64,000 nt of DNA from Octopus sinensis (lineage: Eukaryota), in contig NC_043000.1 in the NCBI RefSeq assembly GCF_006345805.1, forward strand, positions 159,774,001 through 159,838,000, written 5' to 3'. The notes under the pieces were generated by a model, which was not told the origin of the DNA, searched no databases, and worked only from the letters and a program-made list of their open reading frames with translations. This document shows positions 52,250 to 63,758 of this stretch, one piece after another (the first letter of the stretch is position 1; each line of letters starts with the position of its first letter). The translations under genes and the position numbers were made by a program.

Positions 52250-52450
52250 GGTTAGAGTGTTGGCCGCATGATCGTAAGATCATACCATTTCGATTCTTAG
52301 ACCGCGCCACGCGTTGTGTTCATGAGCAAAATACTTCCTATTACATTGCTCCAGGCCACTCAGTTGGAAAAAAGGAGTTACACAGCGACGGACCGGTAAC
52401 CTGATCAAGGGGGAAATATCTACGACACAGTATCATTATGAGTCTGTATG
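52247..52450 (+). mobile_element. Diverged tRNA-type SINE (third family)
   Basis: atggttagagtg A-box-like, ttcgattc B-box-like, ttgtgttcatgagcaaaatactt core. Confidence 0.55.
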
Positions 52451-52479
52451 ATTCGGGGATACGTTTTATCCTTTAGCGC

Positions 52480-52635
52480 AGACGTGGCTGTGTAGTAAGA
52501 AGTTTGCTTCCCAACAAAACATTTCTGGGTTCAGTTCCACTGCACGGTAACTTGGACAACTATCTTTCACTTTCCAACCGACCACATACTTGTGAATAGA
52601 TTTCGTGAGCAGAAATTGAAAGAGGCTCACTGTAT
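52480..52635 (+). mobile_element. SINE family A, diverged 5' half
   Basis: gtggctgtgtagtaagaagtttgcttccc...gggttcagttccactgc. Confidence 0.8.
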
Positions 52636-52703
52636 GTATGTATGTATGTATGTATGTATGTATGTATGTATGTATTATGTATGTATGTATGTATGTATGT
52701 ATG

Positions 52704-52830
52704 TTATTCAGTTTTATTTCAATATTTCTTGCCAATAGAGAAAGAACCAGTTTCTAACCTAGATCCAAGGCTCCTTCATTGGAATTTCAACATTAACAAC
52801 AAGATATATTTGTCTGTTTGTTTGTACATA

Positions 52831-52866
<36 letters not shown>

Positions 52867-54105
52867 TGTATGTATGTATGTATGTATGTATGTATGTATG
52901 TATGTATGTATGTATGTATGCATATGTACAGATTTGTATGTTTCGTTTTAAATCTGTATCCTCATGCATATAGTTGAATATCTAGACATGCTCATATATA
53001 TTTAAGTGATAAACTTCTGGAACGATTTACAGATTTTTACAGTCCCAGTGATGGATTGGATCTGTAGTTTTCGAATTCGCTTTCTCTTTTCTGATTTTGA
53101 GAAGCCTAATTTCTCAAGATTGGTATTTAGGCAATATGTTACATATCCCAGGGCTCCAATAATTACAGGTATAAATCTGGAACTTGTAATATGGATAGAG
53201 TAACTGCAGATCCTTCAATAGTTCAGCGTAGGTATTCTGTTTTACTCTGATCTTAGGCTTTACGTTAACATCTGCTGGGTAACTAATTTCAAAAAATGTA
53301 CACAGTTTGTCTTCTCTATCCCAGATCATTATATCAGGTCTGCTGTAGTTACGTTTTATTGAGGTTTTCACTGGGACATCCCACCAGTACTCCTTTATAT
53401 TATGAGTGGCTATGGCTTCTACCATACTGTGGGTCCTTATTTCTTTGTCCTCCGGGTTATCCTTCCGACGGATTTCATTATAGAGTGTCCTCATTAGATA
53501 ATGCTGTGATGACATTTTCGGACAACTGCCTATGATGTGGGTGATATCTTCGGTGTTAACTCCACAAAGTCTGCATCGGCTGTCACATTTTACTGCTTTT
53601 CCTGCATCTCTATGCCTTTTGTGCATCAGGTATTTGGTTGATGTTTCCAGTTCCTGAATTGAGAACGGTCCCCACCTTCAAAGTGGGAGGTAGTAATCTA
53701 GCTATTGATCCATGATAGACTGCTTTGAGGATCGATGTTGCTATCAACTCGAAGATTTTTACTAACATATCCAAGCATGGTCTTCTGCTCATATATACTC
53801 CTCCTTTCATCTGATGATACGTTTAGGTAGAGTCGTGCGACTTCATTGGGCATGTATTTAAGATTATCAGATAAAGTGTGCTGCTCAAGGAGCTGCCTTC
53901 CAAGTCTTATAATGTTATCAGCATCATTTATGCAAACTTGGTCAACAGATGCACTTCGACACTTGGTGGTTAAAAGACGGATATGATATAACTATCAAAG
54001 GCATTTTGGATCGATGTTAAGACTCTGTCACCCTGTTTTCCCTTCAGATAGTGGTGGTCTACGTCACTGTTTGTGTGCAAATTATGCTTGCTTGCTAGTA
54101 TTTTG
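52704..54105 (-). mobile_element. 5'-truncated RLE LINE (TACA-associated family), decayed
   Basis: CRLCGVNTEDITHIIGSCP, RPDIMIWDREDKLCTFFEISYPAD, TYAELLKDLQLLYP. 3' end aataaaactgaataa-(cata)n. (TATG)n on both flanks. 5' boundary approximate. Confidence 0.85.
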
Positions 54106-54234
54106 TATGTACGTATGTATGTATGTATGTATGTATGTATGTATGTATGTATGTATGTATGTATGTATGTATGTATGTATGTATTTATGTATGCATGTAT
54201 GTATGTATGTATGTATGTATGTATTTATGTACGT

Positions 54235-54391
54235 TGTGTGTCTGTGTTTGTCCGCCACTGCCGATTGACAACCGGTTTTGGTTTATTTACCTCCCCATAA
54301 CATAGCTGTTTGGAAAAAAAGAAAATATAATAAATACCAGGCTTAAACAATAGATACTGGGGTCGATTCGTTCGGATAAAATCTTCAAGAT

Positions 54392-54429
<38 letters not shown>

Positions 54430-54480
54430 TTACTCGCTTCAGGGATTTGACTGCAGCCATGCTGGAATTCCGCCTTGGAA
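54235..54480 (+). mobile_element. SINE family A-like 3' half, diverged
   Basis: gattgacaaccggt...ggggtcgattcg...cagccatgctgg. Confidence 0.6.
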
Positions 54481-54549
54481 ATAAGCGGTACTTCTCGCGA
54501 GACGGATTCGGACCATCGACTGAAGGATGACAACTATTATTCAGCTAGT

Positions 54550-54643
<94 letters not shown>

Positions 54644-54659
54644 GTTATATATGCTTATA

Positions 54660-54860
54660 TGTGTGTACCGTTGTCGATTTTTCCCCCTGTCTTCCTTTCT
54701 TGGATCTTTCCTTTTCCTATGTTTCTGACGAAGAGCTCCGCTCGAAACGTTAAACCCTCATTCTTTCCTTCTTTCCGGAGCGTCCAATAATACTATATTT
54801 TTTCCATGTCCTCGCGTTGTTGTGTTTTCTCTTTGTGTTTTCATGTTTGGATTGACTATA
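54660..54860 (+). mobile_element. Short Penelope-like unit (family 2) with minimal type I hammerhead
   Basis: gttt CTGACGA A GAGC TCC GCTC GAA ACGT T aaac at 54721-54755. (TA)n on both sides. Confidence 0.7.
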
Positions 54861-55899
54861 TATATATATATATATATATTACATATATATATATAACTAT
54901 GAAGAACATATTTGCTAGATTTAGAAGTCTTTAAATGCTTTTCGGATGTCATGAGTATTTGAAACGATCCTGACTAGATGTTCCATCAAAAATTTCTAGA
55001 GTGTAAACTATTTCCCTCAAATAATCAAATGTCATAAACTCATAGGAAAATGATGTGATAAATATTTTTACAAAACGTCACAACTTTGTAAATCTTTTTG
55101 AACCACCCAAAATGCCAACATTCCGCACATTTTCTCTTGTAAAATTTCAAACGTTCTTTCCTAAATTATATTTTCTTAACAGTATTAATAACAAAACCAA
55201 TTTTGATAGATAGACGACTTAAAATAAACAAAACCTCTCTCACCGATGATATATACGTGTGTAAGTATATGTATTTCTGTCTAGACACAACCGCAAACAT
55301 ATATATACACATACTGTGCTGTGACTATAGATGTATGATTATGAGGTACGCATGCAAATATATGGAATGTTTACAAGTCAATGCCCGAAGTCTTGACAGG
55401 CATACATATGTTAGTTGTATTTCCCTACTTTGATAAAGTGATAATGGGTTTTACATGTCTAAACGTACAGATAATATTTTATCAGCTTTTCTTATCTATC
55501 AAACATTAAACTTTAAATATTGAAAATATATACACGCACACACTTGTATGTGTGTATATATGCATAACTATCACATAGTTTCAACGTAGGTAAAATATAA
55601 ATTTAAACTCATTCTTTCTGTGTTAGGATGCGCGCTAAAGAGAAGTCGTGAGTCCTCCTTTAGTCTATAGCGCGACGTTTTTACCGTTCCACAGAGAAGA
55701 CGTAAGCGCACCCTTCTCCAATTAATGGCATGTCGTAGAAAGCAAGCACATAGCAAACGCTGGAGAGGGTTACCCAATCTACATATCTGTGTATTTGATA
55801 GCTCATCATTAATTAAACAGGATCTGTTTTATGCATAGTGCAGTATAAATAAGAAAGACAGAAATATATTTTAATATTACAACGCACAAGGAAGGTAGT

Positions 55900-56100
55900 G
55901 AGCCGGCAGAATCGTTAACACGCAGGGCAAAATGCTTGGTGGCATTTCGTCCGTTTTTACGTCCTGATTTGAAGTTCCGCCGAAGTCGACTTTACCAGTC
56001 ATTTCGTGGTCGATAAAATAAGTAGCAGTTGAGTACGCGGGAAGATGTAATCGATTACCCTCAACCCTGAAATTGCTGACCTTGTGCCAAAAATTGAAAC
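55900..56100 (+). mobile_element. tRNA-derived SINE family B
   Basis: gagccggcagaatcgttaacacgcagggcaaaatgc...gaagttccgccgaagtcgacttt...gtcgataaaataagta. Confidence 0.8.
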
Positions 56101-57011
56101 AAGTATTACAAAGGTGAAATGACAATGTAAACACATTTTTGTATGATAATGGTACGCTGAAAATATAGCGCATAGGCTTTAACATTTGTTGGTCGTTCCA
56201 ACACAAAGCATTCAGAATGAACGAGGAGTTGTTAAAAGCATAAACATGCAGCTTTGCCTGTTCTATCCGCCACGGTGCTAACATATTTGGAAACTAGTCC
56301 GCTTTATCTGTTTTTCCCGTCCACTAAACATATTAGTTGATACTTAGATATTTACATTTAACAATGATGCGAAACACACTCACACATGCACACGCATGTA
56401 TTTATCAATATTGTTTAATAAATAGATAAACGGAAATTCACGTATGCACAGTCAACCTGGATAACGAAATTGTGTTTGCGAGTGCGTGCGTATGTGTGCG
56501 TGAATTTTTGTTGGTGTGAGCGCATTTGCCCCTGTGCTGGCAATGACTAAAACCAGAGTTTGGGCAGTTTTGACTGCAAACTTACCGGCCCGAAAACTTA
56601 TACAATACTTCTTTCGAACATTTGTAGATTTGGAGTCAAAGAAACGAGAAGAATCCAATGTGAGTGACATCAAACAAAGCTCTGTGGTATAAGTTTAATA
56701 GTAACAGTCAATTCCAGGAGACAGTGTATTAATCTTTCATAGACTACTTTATAAGTCTTTTAAGATGGTTTTTGATTAGCCAGTAAAACCTTTCCTGCAT
56801 TTATCTTCATTTAAAGTAAATGATTGTAACTCTGGAAAGCTCAGGGCAATGCACATAATTTTATTACTGCTGATAAACCATTGTATTAGTGAATTTAAAC
56901 ATAAATTTCAATGAGTCAAACGTCACATATTTCAAAAGAATCCACATAAAATTCACAAAACTCATTCCAAGCCTACTTTAAAGGAAACGACGTTATGTAT
57001 GCATAAAATAA

Positions 57012-57148
57012 AATCTTCGAACAGACGGTCAGTAGCGACACCTGCTGGTTCTGACTACGCTGCATTGATAAAGGGCAACAACCCTGAAACATGTTTGCAG
57101 ATGTCTGACTAGCAAGGTGAAGCGGCTGACTTCCCCTGTTCGAAGGTT
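57012..57148 (+). ncRNA. Candidate extended type I hammerhead ribozyme (U3-A8 core variant) capping a long rod hairpin
   Basis: ctgca TTGATAA AGGG caacaa CCCT GAA ACATGT T tgcag (57060-57100). Stem I continues to a perfect 10-bp helix, 57015-57024 with 57136-57145. Confidence 0.65.
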
Positions 57149-57297
57149 GTAATGGACGCAGGTTCGTGTGCCATGTAGCTAGCTAGAGGCGGTGGCCTCT
57201 TGGAGCTAATCAGCGACAGCTTTAGTCTTATATTTAGACTGCCATATTAGTATGGCGATAACTATTAATATATATATATATATATAATATTATATAT

Positions 57298-57332
<35 letters not shown>

Positions 57333-57994
57333 TTATTGAAATGGATAAATGAATTATCTTGTTAAGGATTATTCAAAATTTAACCGATCCCGGGTAGCAA
57401 AAATCACAACAGAAAAGACACGGTTGAAGTTACGACCTTGGGGTGTCTCAACCGTGCCTTAGCGCGGATAATTGAAGTTCAATATATTTAGTGAAGGGAA
57501 GAAATGGAGCTGAACGAAGATTCTACATAATTCCTTTTATTATCTTCCACACATGTTTCAAAGGCCGCAAATTTCCAAATTCGGATTGAATAAGGAGACC
57601 ATTTGCAGCATTCTCTTCAGGAAAATCCAGGAATTTAAAAATCCAAAACAAATGCGCAGCAAGGTAGAACAAAGCGCTCCTTAGGAGCCCATGAAAGCAC
57701 AAAACTGTCTCTCACTGTACGTTGACGTCTGGGGGGTGGTGGTGGAGGCCGACGACGAAAAATGTCCGTTGGAATCAATCGGGTTCAGACAGCGGTCAAT
57801 CCTGGTAGTGGGAGAGAAATACTGAAAACCAAATGGTGTGAATATATTCTGTGTAATTAATGTTCAGATTGTTTTAAGAATTAAGGCTATCTTATATAGG
57901 TGTGGGACCCTGCCTACATGTATGTGTGTGCACGCCTGTGTAAGTGTGGGAGTCTGTCAAGCAGCGGGTAGAGGGAAAGAGAACTACTGATTTT

Positions 57995-58290
57995 GTTGGT
58001 CGTGTCTGTGTGTCCGTCTGTGCACTGGGGTCGATGTAATCGACTTGATCCGTTTGTCTGTCCTTGTTTGTCCCCTCTGTGTTTAGCGCGGTGTGGGTAG
58101 TATAGAAATAGGTATTTCGTCTGCTGATACGTTCTGAGTTCAAATTCCACCGAGGTCGACTTTGCCTTTCATCCTTTCGGGGTCGATAAATTAAGTACCA
58201 GTTACGCACTGGGGTCGATATAATCGACTTAATCCGTTTGTCTGTCCTTGTTTGTCCCTCCTATGTCTAGCCCCTTGTGGGCAATAAATA
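57995..58290 (+). mobile_element. SINE family B, partial tandem dimer
   Basis: Tail segment gcactggggtcgat..aatcgactt.atccgtttgtctgtccttg occurs twice around a central gttctgagttcaaattcc core. Confidence 0.8.
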
Positions 58291-58801
58291 AATAAGAAAC
58301 GATTAAAAATATACTGATTTGCCAAATTAAAACAATGATAAACAAAATTTTCTACGCAAGATGTAATTAAATGGTACTCAATATAACTAATGAAATAAGA
58401 CAAAAGTGTTGAGCAACGAAAACTACACCTTTAATGAGAAATGGACTGATGAAATCTTAAAGCGTTCGTTAAAGACACCATTCTGAGCAAAAATCGAATT
58501 GATTCTACTGCATGTCCAGATTTATTTTTTGATCAATTTGGAAATCGAGGTTGCTCTGAATTCTCTTCCTTCATCAGATTAAATATAATGATCTTTTATG
58601 TTCATTATAAGTGAAATTTTAATTAATTGAAAATATAGTATTGCTTGGCTGCATTAGTTGTTAACTCTTTCGCTAATTAGCTACACGTTATTATACAAAA
58701 ATCGTTCTTGAGAAAATTACCTATCTATTTAAGCGTATGACTACGACGGGATGTGTGTAAGTATGTGTTTGTATGTATGCAATGTAAGTATGCATTTAAT
58801 C

Positions 58802-58832
<31 letters not shown>

Positions 58833-59909
58833 AGTGTTTATATCTATATACTTACATATACATATATATGTATGTCTGTGTGTAAGTAGATTTATATATG
58901 CATGAATATTTACGTTTATGCACACGCACACACACACATATATATATGTATGTATATGTATGTATGTATGTGCTTGCATATTTACAGTGTGCATGTGGTT
59001 TGTTCGTGTATGTGAATATTCTACAAACAGGAAAATGTTGAGAGAGAGAGAGAGAGAGAGAGAAAGGAGAAGGCAAAGAACGTGTGAGAGATACAGAGAG
59101 AGAGAGAGGAGAGAGGGAGAGGGGAGAGAGTTGCGTTATAAATATTAGTGTTATGCACGGGTGGGGTTGTTTCTCTAATACACACTTGGTTGGTATCTTT
59201 GAAATAACCTGATAATATCAATGCAATCTTTGAATTTTCTCGCAATTAACCAACAATAATTCGGAAGGATATTTTAGAGAATATAGTGAAAGAGGAGGAT
59301 GACGTAGTTGTTCAGTAGTTGGTTGGTTTGTCGGTTGGCCGCTTGTTTTATCTCTGTGTAGTGTGATAATGTTAAGCTTATTTACATTTTTGTACAAGTG
59401 CTTTACGCTACGATGACTATCAGAGATATGTTTACGTTAGCTCTGGTTATAGTTGTTGTTGTTGTTATTTTTGTTGTTGTTGTTGTTGTTGTTGTTGTCG
59501 TTGATGTTGTTTTATTTTAGTTCGAGTTTATTTCTAATCGGGCAGATCAGTGATGAAAAGTATTACAGCTGTAACTACTCCGACTGTATTTTTATAGTTT
59601 TAATTAAAAAAAATATAAAATGCTGTCTTCCTTTGATTAACGTTCTTCACTGACACCTTCCTTATGAAAGCAGAAGGGAGTGATTTGAAGATGTATTTAC
59701 TATTTCCAGCAAATCGAACGACTGTGTGCAGTCACTTTATTCAAGGTCTGAGTCGATGAAACGCCGATAATGAAAATCACAAAGATTAAACACAAAGAAA
59801 TCATATCTGTAAATGTTCAAGTTATCACTTCACATTACATATTGTTGATTAATGCGAGAGTCGTTTCGAATATATATTCTGTTCTTTCATAGTATTGTGA
59901 AAGCATCTA

Positions 59910-60095
59910 AGGCGGCGAGCCGGCAGAAGCGTTAGCACGCCGGGCGAAATTCTTAGCGGTATCTCGTCTGTTCTGAGTTCAAATTCCGCCGAGTTCGACT
60001 TTGCTTTTCATCCTATCGGGTCGATAAATTAAGTACCAGTTGCATACTAGGGTCGATCTAATCGACTGGCCCCCACTCCAAAATTTCGGGCCTTC
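59910..60095 (+). mobile_element. SINE family B
   Basis: ggcggcgagccggcagaagcgttagcacgccgggcgaaat...gagttcaaattccgccgag...gtcgataaattaagtaccag. Confidence 0.85.
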
Positions 60096-60559
60096 TGCCT
60101 TGAGTAGAAAACTTTATTGTGAAAGCATTTTACGAAATTGTGTTTATTATCTGTCCGCCAACTTGCTTACCAAACGTCAGTCAGACTGTCAGCCAGCTAC
60201 TAGCCTGCCAGCCTCTCTGTTGGTTGTCTGCCTGGCCGTCTGACTGCCCGCCTGACTTGATTGGATACTTGACATGTGTGGCGGATATATTACAACTCGT
60301 AAGAAGTTGACATCAAATGGAAACTTCTGCAGAAACAGAGATATTGACAGGTTCTCTCTAATGAAAAGAAGTAGAGTCTTGAGATAAGTACAGATGACCT
60401 TCGATTGTCTTATAATGCCTTTCAGACAGCACCTGGCAACCAAGAGCAACAAAAATGAATATAGGAGGGGTAACAGGAAACTTTCTCTGTGAGACAAACT
60501 CGTAGTTCAGGCTTCCGCCGCTAGAAGCCACATAATGCAACCATCAGGCATAAGTCTGC

Positions 60560-61328
60560 CAACTGGCGTCGTTCAGTGTAGTCCTACAGTCACATGGTGC
60601 GTCTTTGTTTTTCAGCACTTCTCCCCTGTTCGTCGATTTTTGTGACGGCTGAAACGAAGGAACAGCGTGCTTCTGTGAAATTCTGTTTTCTGCAGGGGAA
60701 AAGGGCGGCCGAAACAGTTGTCATGATTCAAACAGTTTACAAGGACTCTACCATGAACAAAACACAAATTTACGAGTGGTTTTCACACTTTCGGAATGGT
60801 CACTTGTCGCTTGAAGACCAACCTCGTTCAGGGCATCCGGCGACCTCCCGAACGAATGAAAACATCAGGAAAATTCATTAACTGATCTTGGTAGACCATC
60901 ACCAAACAATTGACGCACTTGTTGATTTGGCTAGTGTGTCCTGGAGCTCCTGCCAATGAATTCTGAGCGAATGAAAAGTGTTGCAGAAAAAATTGTGCCT
61001 AGCTTGCTCATGGAAGATCAAAAGCAGTCACGACTGAATGTGTGGCGTGAACTGAAAGAATTTGGTACGAATATTTTTTTTCTTGGTCATCGCTGTTGAA
61101 GAAAACTGGTGCAACGGAATTTGCAGATGTGGACGGGGTGAAGAAGGAGGCTTTAAAAGACATCACTTTGCAAGAGTGCTAGCACTGCTTCGAATAGTGG
61201 AAAACGCTCCTGTACCGATGCATTGCTTCGAATGGAGAATATTTTGAAGGTGATAAAGTGTAAACATGTAGAACTATGTGAATGAAATAATATTGCAAAT
61301 TCCAGTTTCTTTTGGGTTTCCCTCGTAT
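60560..61328 (+). mobile_element. Internally deleted mariner (irritans/Himar-like)
   Basis: EQRASVKFCFLQGK.AAET..EWFSHFRNG..SLEDQPRSGHP, IVPSLLMEDQK. Right end ttgggtttccctcgtata. Confidence 0.88.
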
Positions 61329-61534
61329 AAAACTAGCGTTGAAAAGCAGAGACAAAAACATTCAAAGAGTCAGAAGCGATCTCTTGAAGTAATACTTTCT
61401 TCCTGACGACTTTTCGTACAACTGCAAAAGAGTTGGATAACATATCTCAATGAAGATCTAGACGAGAAACACTCACAATACCAAATGAAATATATATATA
61501 TATATACATACATATACAAATATATATATGCACA

Positions 61535-61570
<36 letters not shown>

Positions 61571-61588
61571 TGTATGTATGTATATATG

Positions 61589-61637
<49 letters not shown>

Positions 61638-61682
61638 GTATGTATATATATATATGTGTATGTATGTATATATATATAAAAT

Positions 61683-62830
61683 TATGCATGGGTATGTTCC
61701 CCAAAGAATTAATAGTGACATGAATATTGACATGAAGTACTTAAACATGTGACTACTACATCACATTTCGAAGGCTACGCATTTGTAATCGAAGAGTAGG
61801 AGATTCCTGCAAAATACCTAATGGTTAAAAAAAGACAGTAAAGCCCTCAAGAAACAACCGAAAATATCGATTACGTCATATTTCTCCGAAAAAGCATCAG
61901 GCATTTCATCAGCAGTTGCCCTAAAATGTCATTAAATTGCTACTTTCTAATGCGACATGATATTGTCGCCATAACAATATACAATGCTACCCGAAAAAGA
62001 CCGTTTTAGGAAAAATATAGAGAAGTCCTTTGTAACTGATGTCATACGTAATATTAATGGGACATTCCCATCGATACTCACACCAAATGCAAAAGTAAAA
62101 GGCCAGCTGTAACAGTCATACAAGAAAATGAATGTACCGTCATAGAGCTCTGTTACTCTTCTGATGTAAATATCTCTTCGAAAATCAAAGAGAAACATGC
62201 TAAATATGGAAAACTACTTCGCGGCTTCTATATCCTGATTATAAATTCTCATTGACAGCAACGATATTTAGTGCACTTGGACTTTGTTAGTAAATGCGTA
62301 AATGGCAACCTGGACAAGCTAGTTTTTTTTGTTTAGAAAAATAACTCAACTAGTGAGGCGCAGGAGTGGGTGCGTGGTAAGTAGCTTGCTAACCAACCAC
62401 ATGGTTCCGGGTTCAGTCCCACTGCGTGGCATCTTAGGCAAGTGTCTTCTGATATAGCCCCGGGCCGACCAATGCCTTGTGAGCGGATTTGGTAGATGGA
62501 AACTGAAAGAAGCCTGTCGTATATATGTATATATATATGTATGTGTTTGTCGCCCTAGCATTGCTTGACAACCGATGTTGGTGTGTTTACGTCCCCGTCA
62601 CTTAGCGTTTCGGCAAAAGAGACCGATAGAATAAGTACTGGGCTTGCAAAAGAATAAGTCCCGGGGTCGAGTTGCTCGACTAAAGGCGGTGCTCCAGCAT
62701 GGCCGCAGTCAAATGACTGAAACAAGTAAAAGAGAGAAAAGAGAGAGTTAACTTGCACATTACAAATACAATCTGTAACTGGAACAGTAAAATTATTGAA
62801 GAGTTTTCTCACGTTGAACATAGGTAATTG
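61683..62830 (+). mobile_element. Old RLE LINE 3' part interrupted by a SINE
   Basis: [50 protein letters not shown], then after the SINE QSVTGTVKLLKSFL. Confidence 0.75.
62357..62740 (+). mobile_element. SINE family A, full length
   Basis: Same sequence as 10236-10650. Confidence 0.92.
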
Positions 62831-62944
62831 TTTTTTGTTGTCGACGGAGTTTCTTAGCTTTGTTAGAAAGCTGCTCTTGTTTTACACGAAGACTTCAAAG
62901 GATTAAAAATAGAAGAGATCATAATACATACATATATACATACA

Positions 62945-63570
62945 TGATGGCTGCCCCCTCGTTATCGAGTATGGCCATTGCACGAAGCTTAACTGTTATT
63001 GGTGCTGTGATCAAATGTGACAGCCAGCCATTCAGTTGAGACTCACAGCACCATCAACAATCATGAACAATGTTGTTACCGTGCAATGCCTGTGCAGGAA
63101 GATTTTTTTAAAGTGAGGAAAGGCTGTGCACTGAGTCAATCCCACTCACAAAGCAACAGCAGCCATAATCCGAAAAGAAGAACAAGTCAACATCATCGGT
63201 AACCACTGAGCTGCAGGTTTTATGTCGGAGTTATCCCAGTTACCTGAGTTACCTTCTCCTAGAAGGATGCCCTAACAAAGGCTAGGAGTCCTTCACTTCC
63301 AATGGTTTAACCGCGCGATCGGGTATTCTGTCCGATCATTTCAATGTCCTCGCGCATGATACAGCCTTAAGACATTTACTGGATGGCCGTTGACTCTGAA
63401 GAGTTCCTCCGCCCTTTGACGGGTTTTGTTTTTCATCCCGCAGGGTGTCCAATAAACACCCTCCTCACCAAGCAAGCTTGGTGGGGTTGCCGGTTTGGTC
63501 GCTGACAGCCCGACCATGCAACAGGTTGTACTGGGTTGCATGTTACCAGTAGCACTCGAAAGTGACCTGA
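62945..63570 (-). mobile_element. RTE-like LINE 5'UTR-derived non-autonomous unit between (TATG)n tracts
   Basis: Minus strand has gggcatccttctaggagaaggtaactc, which I recall as typical of RTE 5'UTRs. Many hairpins, no ORF. Confidence 0.55.
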
Positions 63571-63579
63571 CATACATAT

Positions 63580-63610
<31 letters not shown>

Positions 63611-63724
63611 CATACATACATATACATACATACACACATATATACATACATACATATATACATACATACATACATATATATACATACATACATACATACA
63701 TACATACATACATGCATACATACA

Positions 63725-63758
<34 letters not shown>

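Noticed and set aside
61490-61690. Using the 61.7 kb RLE copy as support for TACA targeting
   Set aside because: The flanking repeat is in the opposite orientation relative to the element, and the copy is old with no intact 3' end.
63380-63500. HDV-like or twister ribozyme in the RTE-like 5'UTR
   Set aside because: I could not assign P1/P3/L3 or the twister pseudoknot pairings by eye.
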